64,000 bases of DNA, taken from positions 2,112,001-2,176,000 of the forward strand of contig OZ244651.1 of NCBI GenBank assembly GCA_965218695.1, in the 5' to 3' direction. The translations under genes were made by a program, and so were the position numbers. Of the stretch, positions 48,505 to 58,237 are shown in pieces. The stretch is from Nitrosopumilus sp. (GTDB taxonomy: Archaea; Thermoproteota; Nitrososphaeria; Nitrososphaerales; Nitrosopumilaceae). Every line of letters starts with the position of its first letter. Within the stretch, counting starts at the first letter, position 1. A model generated the notes under the pieces. The model saw only the letters and a program-made list of their open reading frames with translations, ran no database searches and had not been told where the DNA came from.

Positions 48505-48957
48505 ATGGCAAAGGTCTATGACGTACCTGCAGATGTATTGATTGAACAGATGGCAGAGATTCTAAAGGGCGAGGACATTCCCGCCCCGTCGTGGATTCCG
48601 TTTGTCAAGACCGGGGCACATGCAGACAAGCCCCCGCAGAACAGGGAGTGGTGGCATACAAGATGTGCCTCCATACTAAGAAAGATCTACCTGTACGGTC
48701 CTGTTGGCATTAACAAATTACGACACAACTATGGCGGCGGCAGGCCGTCAGGATACGGTGCTGCACATCACAGGGATGCCGGGGGAGCGATCATCCGCAA
48801 TGCCGTACACGGGCTGGAGAAGCTTGGCTATGTCGAGAAGATCGACAAGAAGGGCAGGATGGTTTCCAGAAACGGCATGCAGAAACTTGATAGGCTTTCA
48901 ACTGAGATTCTTAACGGAATGATCGCCCAGAACCCCCAACTAAAGGTGTACTCCTAG
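48505..48957 (+). CDS. rps19e: 30S ribosomal protein S19e
   Basis: VYDVPAD, FVKTG, WW..RCASILRKIY..GPVG. Confidence 0.97.
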   Translation: MAKVYDVPADVLIEQMAEILKGEDIPAPSWIPFVKTGAHADKPPQNREWWHTRCASILRKIYLYGPVGINKLRHNYGGGRPSGYGAAHHRDAGGAIIRNAVHGLEKLGYVEKIDKKGRMVSRNGMQKLDRLSTEILNGMIAQNPQLKVYS

Positions 48958-48964
48958 ATTCGCG

Positions 48965-49237
48965 ATGAGCTTTCCTGAACCCAACGAACAACCCCCGAAC
49001 AATGAGGTAGCCGCCCAAAAGGAACAGATTCTCAAGCAGATTCTCTCCCCGGAGGCCAGGATGAGACTGGGTAACATTAAGATGGTAAGGCCGGAGATGT
49101 CCAACCTTGTAGAGCAGTATCTCATTGGGATGGCAACCAAGGGGCAGATTCACGGGCAGCTCACAGATGCCCAGCTCAAGCAGATCCTGCTCTCCATCCA
49201 GCAACCCAAACGCGACTTTAAGATAAACCGTGTCTAG
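48965..49237 (+). CDS. PDCD5-like DNA-binding protein
   Basis: ILKQILSPEARMRLGNIKMVRPE; usual position after S19e. Confidence 0.92.
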   Translation: MSFPEPNEQPPNNEVAAQKEQILKQILSPEARMRLGNIKMVRPEMSNLVEQYLIGMATKGQIHGQLTDAQLKQILLSIQQPKRDFKINRV

Positions 49238-49464
49238 CAGCGTTGGGAGTTCTCACAGGTGCTGCGTGTGACGCATTGCCTGAATTGCCCCCCCATTACC
49301 ACATACCAGAATGACTCTGCAGGACAGAACCCCTTGAAAATCATGCACGAATTGCCAATGTGGCCCGTACATGCTCAGGTCCCGATTGGTTCTAGGCACA
49401 AATTTGTAAGCAGTTCCGTATTTTCACGCCTACGCCGGCAGTAGGTCAGTATGTGCTGGTGCCC

Positions 49465-49557
49465 GTAACTGTTTAGGTTCGTACGTAAATTTCAGGATTG
49501 GTAGGCGTGAACTTGATCCGTTGCAAACTTGGCGTAGGCGTGAACCTAGACAGTTAC
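49465..49557. mobile_element. MITE-like element (93 bp), same family as 29584
   Basis: TIR GTAACTGTTTAGGTTC / GAACCTAGACAGTTAC (15/16); flanks CTGGTGCCC / CTGTTGCCC. Confidence 0.7.
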
Positions 49558-49606
49558 CTGTTGCCCACTGATAAAATATAATTATGGGTAAATATCCGCT
49601 TTAAGC

Positions 49607-50686
49607 ATGAAGGCAGTTGTATACAGCGAATATGCGTCAGATGACGACTATGCCCGTATACTCAAGGTTCAGGACATTGATGACCCAAAACCAAAACCCA
49701 ACGAAGTGGTCTTTGAGGTAAAGACAGCAGCCCTTAACTATAACGACATCTGGGGCATGAGGGGCCAGCCGGTTCCTGTACCACTGCCACATGTTTCAGG
49801 TTCTGATGCGGCCGGTGACGTTGTTGCAGTAGGCGAGGATGTAAGGAACATCAAGGTGGGAGACAGGGTAGTGTCCCACTCCAACATGTCATGCAGGGTC
49901 TGCAAGGCGTGTACCGACGGAAGAGAGTTTGACTGCATCCACAGGACAATCTGGGGATTCCAGACGGGTCCCACCTGGGGAGCCTATCAGGAACTGACCC
50001 ACCTGCCGGAGGTCAACATCTCAAAGATTCCCGAAGGGGTATCCTATGACGACGCGGCTGCCGCGTCAATGACAATACTTACATCATGGCACATGCTTGT
50101 GGGAAGGGCAAGGATCACACCCGGACAGACTGTCCTGATTATGGGAGGCGGTTCCGGGGTAGGAAGCTTTGGCATTCAGATTGCCAAGCTGTACAACTGT
50201 GACGTGATAGCAACTGCCAGTCCGGACAAGCTTGACAAGTGCCTTGAACTCGGTGCAGACTATGCAGTTGATCACAGAAAGGACGATTGGCACAAGGAGG
50301 TTCGGGCAATCACAAAAGGCATTGCAAAGAAAAAGGGAGAGGCACCAGGAATCGATATCTCCTTTGATCACATAGGCCAGACCCACTGGAACAAGCAGCT
50401 CACCCTACTCAAATACGGTGCAACACTTGTCTCATGCGGAGCCACCACCGGATATGACGCCAAGACGGATCTTAGACATGTCTTCTTCAAGGGTACCAAC
50501 ATTCTGGGATCCACACAAGGCACCAAGGCCGAACTGGATCAGGCACTCTACTGGATGGGTCAGGGCAAGATAAAATCTGCAATAGATTCTGTATACTCTT
50601 TTGAACAGGCAGCAGAGGCGCATACAAAGATGCTGACAGGAAAGGGTCTGTTTGGCAAAATCTTAATGAAGCCCGAAGGCGCCTAA
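49607..50686 (+). CDS. Zn-containing medium-chain dehydrogenase/reductase (candidate acryloyl-CoA reductase of the HP/HB cycle)
   Basis: LPHVSGSDAAG, C-x2-C-x2-C-x7-C, GGGSGVG; specific function inferred. Confidence 0.8.
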   Translation: MKAVVYSEYASDDDYARILKVQDIDDPKPKPNEVVFEVKTAALNYNDIWGMRGQPVPVPLPHVSGSDAAGDVVAVGEDVRNIKVGDRVVSHSNMSCRVCKACTDGREFDCIHRTIWGFQTGPTWGAYQELTHLPEVNISKIPEGVSYDDAAAASMTILTSWHMLVGRARITPGQTVLIMGGGSGVGSFGIQIAKLYNCDVIATASPDKLDKCLELGADYAVDHRKDDWHKEVRAITKGIAKKKGEAPGIDISFDHIGQTHWNKQLTLLKYGATLVSCGATTGYDAKTDLRHVFFKGTNILGSTQGTKAELDQALYWMGQGKIKSAIDSVYSFEQAAEAHTKMLTGKGLFGKILMKPEGA

Positions 50687-50693
50687 CCGCTTC

Positions 50694-51551
50694 ATGACGC
50701 AGCTCTTTCGCAGTCTCATATTTGTCCCCGGAAACAATCCAAGGTTTCTAGAAAAGGCAAAATCATTCCAGGCAGACATCATGTGTCTTGATCTGGAGGA
50801 CTCTGTACCGGATGCAGAGAAGGCAGGAGCGCGAGGGCTGATAAGGAATGCCCTTGAATCGCACAACTCATACAAATCCACCCTATTTGTCCGGACAAAC
50901 TCTCCGGCATCCGGGCTGGTCCGAACTGATCTTGAGGAGACAGTCGGGGAAGGTTTGGGCGGGATCGTGGTGCCAAAAGTCGATGATACAAAGGCCTTGG
51001 AGGACATAGCAGGGATTCTGTCCGGGCTTGAGGAGGCAAGGGGAATTGAACCGATTCGGATACTCCCCTCAATAGAGTCGGCCAAGGGTGTGGTCAACAC
51101 GTACCAGATAGCATCCTTTGGGACAAGGGTGCCTGCGGTGGTCTTTGGCGTCTTTGACCTGCTCAATGATCTGGGGGTAGAGTACGCCAAGGACGTGCCT
51201 GGCATTGCGTACTCCCGGGCAAAGATTCCAGTGGATGCGCGCGCTGCAGGCGTTGCTGCAATTGATGCAATATGGCAGGATCTTCGGGATTCAAAGGGGC
51301 TTGAGGACGACTGCCAGGCAGGCAAGAGCCTCGGATACTCTGGAAAAAGCATAATACACCCGGATCAGATCGAGACTGTCCACAGGCTGTTCTACCCGAA
51401 CCCGTACGAGATCATGTGGGCCCGAAAAGTTTGCAGGGCATACCTTGAATCGGCAAGGGGCGGGACAGGCGCCACCACCGTCGACGGCAGAATGATAGAC
51501 GAGGTCCACTTCAAGCAGGCAAGGGCGCTTCTTGATCTTGTAGGGGAATGA
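50694..51551 (+). CDS. CitE/HpcH-family CoA ester lyase
   Basis: RSLIFVPG, DLEDSVP, VPKV, IES, GKSIIHPDQI, GRMIDEVH. Confidence 0.92.
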   Translation: MTQLFRSLIFVPGNNPRFLEKAKSFQADIMCLDLEDSVPDAEKAGARGLIRNALESHNSYKSTLFVRTNSPASGLVRTDLEETVGEGLGGIVVPKVDDTKALEDIAGILSGLEEARGIEPIRILPSIESAKGVVNTYQIASFGTRVPAVVFGVFDLLNDLGVEYAKDVPGIAYSRAKIPVDARAAGVAAIDAIWQDLRDSKGLEDDCQAGKSLGYSGKSIIHPDQIETVHRLFYPNPYEIMWARKVCRAYLESARGGTGATTVDGRMIDEVHFKQARALLDLVGE

Positions 51552-51614
51552 ACAATCACCCAAAACGGCTCCTTCCAGATAGATTAAAGACTGTCCACTG
51601 TCCACACATGTGTA

Positions 51615-52319
51615 ATGGTCAATCTGCTTGATCCCACAAACGTGATTACCCGCATGTTCAACGCACAGAAATACGACGAGATGTACAGCTACTGCAAGGA
51701 CCTGCTTGAAAAAACGCCTGACGAGATGGTGGCCCTGCAGAACATCTCCCTTGCCCTTGTCCATCTGAAGAGGTATCCAGAGGCCATAGAATACTGCGAC
51801 AGGGTTCTGAAGATAAAGGATTCGGACATGTATGCGCAAAAGAACAAGATCTACTCCCTGGAATGTCTGCACAGGAATGCAGAGGTTCTTGAGATCTGCA
51901 ACAGAATCCTCCAGACCGGCTCTGCTGACACTTGGATACTCAACAGCATGGGCCTCTCCCTCAACGAGCTGGATCGGCATTCTGAGGCCATTTCATGCTA
52001 TGATCGCTCGCTCGCTATCAATCCCGATGATGTCACTGCCCTGATGAATAAGGCCATATCCCTGAGCCACCTTGGCCGGTACCGGGAGGCACTTGAGTTC
52101 TATGATACAGCACAGAGGATTGATCCGAGCATTGCAGTGATCCCGCCTGCCAAGTCACGTCTATTTGAGAAGCTGGGGATGGCAGACGAGGCATTCCTGG
52201 CAGCACAAGGGGTGCTGAACCGGGACATGGAGAGGATCGCAGCCGACGCAAAGACGAACAAGTGCACCGTATTCCACCAGTTCTGCGAGAACGAGTTTGC
52301 AGAACTTGACTCCAAATGA
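51615..52319 (+). CDS. Tetratricopeptide repeat protein
   Basis: Repeated A..YCDRVL / AISCYDRSLAINP helices. Confidence 0.9.
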   Translation: MVNLLDPTNVITRMFNAQKYDEMYSYCKDLLEKTPDEMVALQNISLALVHLKRYPEAIEYCDRVLKIKDSDMYAQKNKIYSLECLHRNAEVLEICNRILQTGSADTWILNSMGLSLNELDRHSEAISCYDRSLAINPDDVTALMNKAISLSHLGRYREALEFYDTAQRIDPSIAVIPPAKSRLFEKLGMADEAFLAAQGVLNRDMERIAADAKTNKCTVFHQFCENEFAELDSK

Positions 52320-52588
52320 CTGCGCCTGAATCATTCAATAACAATGCGTTGTTCTAATTTATGGACATTTGCCCCACCCATACTTGTACATGACTTGCAA
52401 GATGCCGCCCACTCGTGTCTGTGCAGGACAGGGCAAGAACACGTTTTAAGCGTATAAATCCAAACAGGCAAACATAATTGCCGATCTTGCATGTCGCCAT
52501 GCGCCTAATCATTGTATGACATGAAAGAAGACCCGACTTGTGATCTCATAAATAATTCCGTGTGAGAATCAAATGATCATGATCATGA

Positions 52589-53500
52589 TCATGATTCTGT
52601 GCGGATTTCTTTCTTTGTAGGCAGCATGGAAAACCAGGATCTCGGAGAACCGCCCTTACCCTCCAGTGCCACCAGCACCTCGTCTACGTGCTGGATCAGT
52701 TTGGTGGAAATCAGGTGGTCCGTTTTTGTAACCGTAATTACGAACTGGATGTTGTGTGTTTTTGACCGTTTGACCATGCCGTTGATTAATTTCATGATGC
52801 CGTCATATTGGGCAAAGAGCCACCCTTCCTCTATTACTATCACCTTTCTCGTCTCTGACGGTATCGAACTGGCGCACTGCCAAATGGCGTCCAACGCGCA
52901 AAACAACACGAAGAGTTCGGACTGTTTGGTGCCAATCGTAGGGGCCGAAAACACGCAGCCCCTCTTGATGTTCAACTTGCTGTCGGACTCGTCGTTAAGA
53001 AACTGTGCCGACAGGCGCGAAATTTCGTTCCTGTGGCGTTCTGGAACCAGTTCCAAAAACTCCCGCAAGGAAGAGGCGCGTTCGGCACACGTTCCGAGTT
53101 CGTATATCACATCGCCGTCCAGCCCTGCAAATTCGCCCAGCAGGTTGGCTATATTGAACGGATGGGAATCCCTTATGGGATCAAGCCCCAGTGACGGCTT
53201 GTCCTTGACCGATATGTTTTGTATGCTGAACCGTTCCCGTTCATATTCATACTCTCCTGTAACGTCCAAAACGAACACTACTGCCCCGGATTTTATGGAA
53301 TGCTCTATTATTGATTTGGCAATGAAAGATTTTCCGCTTCCAGATTTGCCCACGAGTGCGAGATTGCGAGTGGTTGGTTTATCTGAAACGAAGTTGGCTA
53401 AGGCCCATTCGTCAAAAACGATCGTATCTTGACTCTTTGAATCTTTCACGCATACAGACGCACGTCTGCATATAAATAAATGTACTTTTGGTTCTGCCAA
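52589..53500 (-). CDS. Orphan VirB4/HerA-like P-loop ATPase, possibly truncated
   Basis: NLALVGKSGSGKSF, VLDVTGEY, LGLDP, Walker-B-like IVIEEGW. Confidence 0.65.
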   Translation of the reverse strand: MAEPKVHLFICRRASVCVKDSKSQDTIVFDEWALANFVSDKPTTRNLALVGKSGSGKSFIAKSIIEHSIKSGAVVFVLDVTGEYEYERERFSIQNISVKDKPSLGLDPIRDSHPFNIANLLGEFAGLDGDVIYELGTCAERASSLREFLELVPERHRNEISRLSAQFLNDESDSKLNIKRGCVFSAPTIGTKQSELFVLFCALDAIWQCASSIPSETRKVIVIEEGWLFAQYDGIMKLINGMVKRSKTHNIQFVITVTKTDHLISTKLIQHVDEVLVALEGKGGSPRSWFSMLPTKKEIRTES

Positions 53501-53656
53501 ACCAAGAAAAATATGGCCGCTTCATCCTTGTATGTGACTTGGAGGACGTAGTCCACTCGTGCCTGCACAAACATCGGACACGGGTGAATTTCACGTATAA
53601 AGAACATTATTGCTGTTCATAATCATTTTATACATAGTGCCTGCCATCACCCCTTG

Positions 53657-54238
53657 ATGTTTACCGGGATAGTAGAGGGCACAGGCAGGATCATGGGCAT
53701 TACCCGCTCTGACCGGAGAAGTGCCATGAGGGTTACTGTAGATCTGGGAGCACACTCTGAGGGACTGCAGACAGGGCAGAGCGTCGCCCTGAACGGCGTC
53801 TGTCTTACTGCAACCAAACTGTCCGGCTCCGAGTGCGTCTTTGAGATGATTGAGGAGACTGTAACCAGGACGGACCTTGGCAATCTGAATGTGGGGGGAG
53901 TGGTAAACATAGAACGGAGCCTCAGGGTGGGCGACAGACTTGAGGGGCACTTTGTGCTAGGCCATGTAGACGGGGTCGGAACCATCTTGGAGATCCAAAA
54001 GAAACCCGACGAGGTCAGCGTGTCCTTTGAGGTTCCAGAGGACCTCTCAAGGTATATAGTACAGAAGGGCTCTGTTGCCATAGACGGCATCAGCCTGACC
54101 GTAGTCGATGTCCGGGATAACGTGGTATCCGTATCGCTTATTCCCCACACAGTCGATATCACAAACTTTCACACCAGAAGGCCTGGCGACAGGGTCAACA
54201 TTGAGACTGACATCCTTGGAAAATATATCCTAAAGTAG
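53657..54238 (+). CDS. ribC: Riboflavin synthase (bacterial-type alpha chain)
   Basis: MFTGIVE, NGVCLT, GHFVLGHVDG, KGSVAIDGISLT, VNIETD. Confidence 0.95.
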   Translation: MFTGIVEGTGRIMGITRSDRRSAMRVTVDLGAHSEGLQTGQSVALNGVCLTATKLSGSECVFEMIEETVTRTDLGNLNVGGVVNIERSLRVGDRLEGHFVLGHVDGVGTILEIQKKPDEVSVSFEVPEDLSRYIVQKGSVAIDGISLTVVDVRDNVVSVSLIPHTVDITNFHTRRPGDRVNIETDILGKYILK

Positions 54239-54245
54239 GGGAGGA

Positions 54246-54290
54246 TTACCATTTTAGTGGTAACTACCAGTTTTTTAGTAACCTTTATAA
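54246..54290 (+). promoter_or_regulatory. Tandem 18-bp palindromic operators abutting the ribB TATA box
   Basis: TTACCATTTTAGTGGTAA (54246-54263), CTACCAGTTTTTTAGTAA (54264-54281), TTTATAA (54284-54290). Confidence 0.6.
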
Positions 54291-54312
54291 TCAAATTGCG
54301 GAAAGTTGTATC

Positions 54313-54981
54313 ATGTCCCTTGAATCGGCACTGGAGTCGCTACGGCACGGAGAGTTTATACTGCTTTATGACTCTGTAGGCAGGGAGAACGAGATTGACA
54401 TGGTCGTTGCAGCCGAGTTTGTAACCCCCGAGCATGTTGCACGGATGAGGGTGAACGCCGGAGGGCTGCTGTGCGTAGCAGTGGATTACGGCCTTGCAGA
54501 CTCGCTTGGGCTTCGATACATGCACGAGATGCTTGCAGAATCCGTACCTGACAGGGAGATGATCATGGGTCTTGCACCGTACGGGGATCACCCCACATTC
54601 TCGCTGTCAGTGAACCACTACCGAACCTACACGGGTATCACGGACCGGGACCGTTCCCAGACGATACGTGAGATGTCTGCCATATACAATGTAGAGAACA
54701 GGCAGAAGAAGTTTGTATCATCCTTCAAGACCCCTGGACATGTTCCATTGCTGATTGCCTCAAAGGGACTGCTTGCCGCACGCCAGGGTCACACGGAGAT
54801 GTCCGTGTATCTTGCACGTGCTGCAGGACTGACCCCGGTAACTGCGATCTGTGAGATGATGGATGCCCAGACGTATGCCGCACTCTCGGTGGACAAGGCT
54901 GCCGTGTTTGCAAAGCAGAACGGAATTCCGCTGATCGATGGAAAGGAACTTTTAGAGTATGCCCGGGTGAATCGGTATTGA
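54313..54981 (+). CDS. ribB: 3,4-dihydroxy-2-butanone 4-phosphate synthase
   Basis: D..GRENEID, TGITDRDR, PGHV, RQGHTE, ICEMMD. Confidence 0.95.
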   Translation: MSLESALESLRHGEFILLYDSVGRENEIDMVVAAEFVTPEHVARMRVNAGGLLCVAVDYGLADSLGLRYMHEMLAESVPDREMIMGLAPYGDHPTFSLSVNHYRTYTGITDRDRSQTIREMSAIYNVENRQKKFVSSFKTPGHVPLLIASKGLLAARQGHTEMSVYLARAAGLTPVTAICEMMDAQTYAALSVDKAAVFAKQNGIPLIDGKELLEYARVNRY

Positions 54982-55394
54982 ATATTGGAATTGTGGCATC
55001 GGAGTTCAACGATGCAGTTACACTAAGGATGCTTGCAGTGGCACGGGAGAAGGCAGACTCGATGAACCTGAAGATAACCCACACATGCATGGTTCCAGGC
55101 GCATACGACATGCCTGTTGTTGTTGACGCGCTGCTGGAGCGGGATGATGTGGACGGGGTGGTCACTCTGGGCGCCGTGATAAAGGGACAGACAAAGCACG
55201 ACGAGGTGATATTGCACTCTGCTGCACGGGCGCTTACCGATCTGTCCTTGAGGCACCGGAAGCCAGTCTCCCTTGGAATCTCAGGCCCCGGAATGCAGGC
55301 ACGACACGCGCATGCCAGAATACAGCCGGTTGCAGAACGCGCAGTCGAGGCGGTACTAAAGATATACCAGGAGTTGCAGAGAATTCAGAGATGA
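54978..55394 (+). CDS. ribH: Lumazine synthase
   Basis: IVASEFN, VPGAYDMP, LGAVIKGQTKHD, KPVSLGI. Confidence 0.95.
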   Translation: MNIGIVASEFNDAVTLRMLAVAREKADSMNLKITHTCMVPGAYDMPVVVDALLERDDVDGVVTLGAVIKGQTKHDEVILHSAARALTDLSLRHRKPVSLGISGPGMQARHAHARIQPVAERAVEAVLKIYQELQRIQR

Positions 55395-56140
55395 TCCAGC
55401 TCAGCATCCTCAAGATCAGCGGGTATGGTCCGTGGACACTGACGCTGGGAAGCGACAGGGAGCACGAACTGCAGATGCTGCAGGCCTCCATGTACGGCAA
55501 GATTCAAAGGCTTTTCTCTGAGAGGGGCTGTCTGGTGTTTCACAACCGGGCCGATGAGTTCTTTGTAGTCTCAAACGGGCTCCTGCTCGAAGACCATATA
55601 GGGATTCAAAAGTCCCTTGAGGAGTCCTTTGATGTGCGCCTGACAATGTCGATAGGATCCGGGGAGTCGCCGTTCCAGGCAAACCTAAAGGCGCACAGGG
55701 CAAGAGTGGACGGCACAGAACTGGACCAAAGGTATCGCATCTTCGGGTCAGTTGACGACGGGTCCAGAAGCGTCTCGATCATGCATCTGGATGTGGACAG
55801 TCTTACCGCCCGCAGCCGTACCGACTCGCCGTATGAGATCACCTCTGCCATGTTTGGTCTGTACTCTAGGATGTCCGGATTCTTTTTGGAGCGGGACTCA
55901 CTTGCATTCTTTCTGGGGGGAGACAACTTTATGGTGGTGGCAAGCGATGCGGCCAAGGAGTCGGCGAGGCAGTTCATCCGGATGGTGCACGATGATGATG
56001 GAATCTCCCTTAACTGCGGAATCGGCAACGGACGGACAGGAAGGGAGGCTGCAGGGCTGGCTACAGAATCACTTGATATGATACGAAAGATCCGGGATTC
56101 TGGGGAAGGCAGCCCTGAGGTTTACGAGATGTCATGCTGA
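55391..56140 (+). CDS. arfA: GTP cyclohydrolase IIa (III)
   Basis: GYGPWTLTLGSDREHELQ, FFLGGDNF. Confidence 0.9.
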   Translation: MIQLSILKISGYGPWTLTLGSDREHELQMLQASMYGKIQRLFSERGCLVFHNRADEFFVVSNGLLLEDHIGIQKSLEESFDVRLTMSIGSGESPFQANLKAHRARVDGTELDQRYRIFGSVDDGSRSVSIMHLDVDSLTARSRTDSPYEITSAMFGLYSRMSGFFLERDSLAFFLGGDNFMVVASDAAKESARQFIRMVHDDDGISLNCGIGNGRTGREAAGLATESLDMIRKIRDSGEGSPEVYEMSC

Positions 56141-57324
56141 TTAGGAATGTTGCTGCCCTACTGGGCCCTGATCTTGAGTATGTCCCGGACACGTGCATAC
56201 GAATACGGAATGGGCGTTTTGGAGTGATGGGGTCTGGACTGAGGCCGCACGGTACGGAGAGGTCAGTTGACGGCAGCGGGTTGCTGATGATTCCGGGGTT
56301 TGTCAACGCCCATACGCATATCGGGGATTCTGTCGGTAAGGACATTACCCTTGACGGCTCAGTCGACCAGAGGATTCATCCCATGCATGGCGTAAAGTCA
56401 AAAATTCTCAGGAACACGCCTCCTGGTATACTGTCAGGATTCATGGCAGGCACGTGCGATTCGATGCTCAGACGGGGAATTACCACGTTTGTCGATTTTC
56501 GAGAGGGTGGCTTGGATGGCATAGCACTGATCAGACGGGCCCTGCGGAAAACTCCAATCAGGGCAGTCATTCTGGGCAGAGTCGAGTTTTATCAAGATGC
56601 GCACGATGTGGTAGGCAACGTACCTCTTCCGGATTCAAGGGTACGGGAGCTTGCCATGCTGGCTGACAAATGCGACGGACTAGGAGTCAGCGGCGCAAAC
56701 GAGAACAGTACATCGGTGCTCAAGAGATACTCCCGGACTGCCAATCTCAGGGCGATCCACTCCTCTGAGACTAGGCAGAGCGTGCGTGTGTCCGAAGAGG
56801 TTACAGGGACTGCAGAGACTGTCAGGGCACTGGACCTCAAGCCGCACTTTCTGGTGCATATGACCCATGCCTCACGCAGCGATCTGAGAGATGCGGCAAA
56901 AAGGATCCGGGGGATCGTCATATGTCCCAGGGCAAACTCTGCGCTGGCAGAGGGGATTCCTGATATTGGAATGATGCAGGAGGCAGGATGCACACTGGCG
57001 CTGGGAACTGACAACGTGATGATAAACCCGCCTGACATGTTCCGGGAGATGGACTTTCTTTGGAAGGCGACCATGGGGGTGTACCAAAGGAGGGTAGATC
57101 CCCGGGAGATTCTCAAGATGGCGACGGTGAACGGCGGGAGGATACTGGGCAGGGACGTGGGTGTGATTGCAGAGGGGATGATGGCTGACTGCATCCTCCT
57201 TGATACACATGTGATTGATCTGGAGCCCATGCACAACCCGCACGCCTCGGTGGTGCACAGGGCGTCTGAGTCTGCCATAAGGGGAGTAATGATCGGGGGG
57301 AAGACGGTTCATGGCAGCATCTAG
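56134..57324 (+). CDS. Metal-dependent amidohydrolase/deaminase within the rib operon
   Basis: PGFVNAHTHIGD, IHSSE, VHMTH, CPRAN, LGTDN. Confidence 0.88.
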   Translation: MLIRNVAALLGPDLEYVPDTCIRIRNGRFGVMGSGLRPHGTERSVDGSGLLMIPGFVNAHTHIGDSVGKDITLDGSVDQRIHPMHGVKSKILRNTPPGILSGFMAGTCDSMLRRGITTFVDFREGGLDGIALIRRALRKTPIRAVILGRVEFYQDAHDVVGNVPLPDSRVRELAMLADKCDGLGVSGANENSTSVLKRYSRTANLRAIHSSETRQSVRVSEEVTGTAETVRALDLKPHFLVHMTHASRSDLRDAAKRIRGIVICPRANSALAEGIPDIGMMQEAGCTLALGTDNVMINPPDMFREMDFLWKATMGVYQRRVDPREILKMATVNGGRILGRDVGVIAEGMMADCILLDTHVIDLEPMHNPHASVVHRASESAIRGVMIGGKTVHGSI

Positions 57325-57976
57325 GCCGCACGTGATTCTAAGCGCAGCCGTCTCTGTGGATGGAAGGATTGCCACTAGGACAGGCGACTCTGCGCTGTCA
57401 TCAGGGAATGATACTGCAAGACTGCACAGGCTGAGGGGCAGGGTGGATGCAATCCTTATAGGAAAGAATACCGTACTGCGGGATGATCCAATGCTGACTG
57501 TGCGGCATGTACGCGGGAGGAGCCCTGTCCGAATAATTCTGGACTCTGGCGGGACGATATCCGGAAACTACCGGGTTGTAAAGACTGCAGGTGACGTACC
57601 TACCATACTGGCAGTATCTGAGAGGGTGGATGCTAGGCACCTTGAGGATCTCAGGTCGCACACGGACGTGATCGTTGCAGGACGGGACTCTGTGGATGTC
57701 AGGCTTCTGCTGGAGCGACTTGCAGCGAAGGGAATCAAGACGGTGCTTGTGGAGGGGGGAGGAAGCATAAACTGGGAGTTTGTCCGGCTTGGCCTGTTTG
57801 ATGAGATGATAGTGACAGTCTCCCCGTATCTGATAGGAGGCAGTGATGCCGTCTCCCTTGTGGAGGGGGGAGGATTTGCCATGGTTGCAGACTCGCCTGA
57901 ACTGCACCTCAAATCCGCAAGGAGGCTCGGGGATCATATCGTCCTGCACTACATCCGGAAAGAACATGGGCAGTAA
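57311..57976 (+). CDS. arfC: Pyrimidine reductase of riboflavin synthesis (RibD C-terminal / Rib7)
   Basis: SVDGRIA, HRLR..DAILIG..T...DDPMLTVR, LVEGGG. Confidence 0.9.
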   Translation: MAASRPHVILSAAVSVDGRIATRTGDSALSSGNDTARLHRLRGRVDAILIGKNTVLRDDPMLTVRHVRGRSPVRIILDSGGTISGNYRVVKTAGDVPTILAVSERVDARHLEDLRSHTDVIVAGRDSVDVRLLLERLAAKGIKTVLVEGGGSINWEFVRLGLFDEMIVTVSPYLIGGSDAVSLVEGGGFAMVADSPELHLKSARRLGDHIVLHYIRKEHGQ

Positions 57977-58237
57977 TCGGACCGGCTCACCTTTGCTGGT
58001 GGCCCGGGGCCTGCATCATTCATAGGATTCAAAGGCATTCTCGACTCCCCAGCCGGCTCTGTACTTCCTGCCAGTTCCTCTTGATCACCGTGCAGATCAC
58101 GGTTTAGGACGGTGGTTGCAAATGTGTGAAATCTGGCAGATTTTTTATTACCCCCCGGCACATTTTGTTTTATTCGTTACACGCAAAATAACAAAACACC
58201 AAGAATTTTTATTATGCGCCGTTAACCAAGGACACCG

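Noticed and set aside
49259-49444. ORF after PDCD5 as ribosomal protein L39e
   Set aside because: No resemblance to L39e; overlaps repeat remnants
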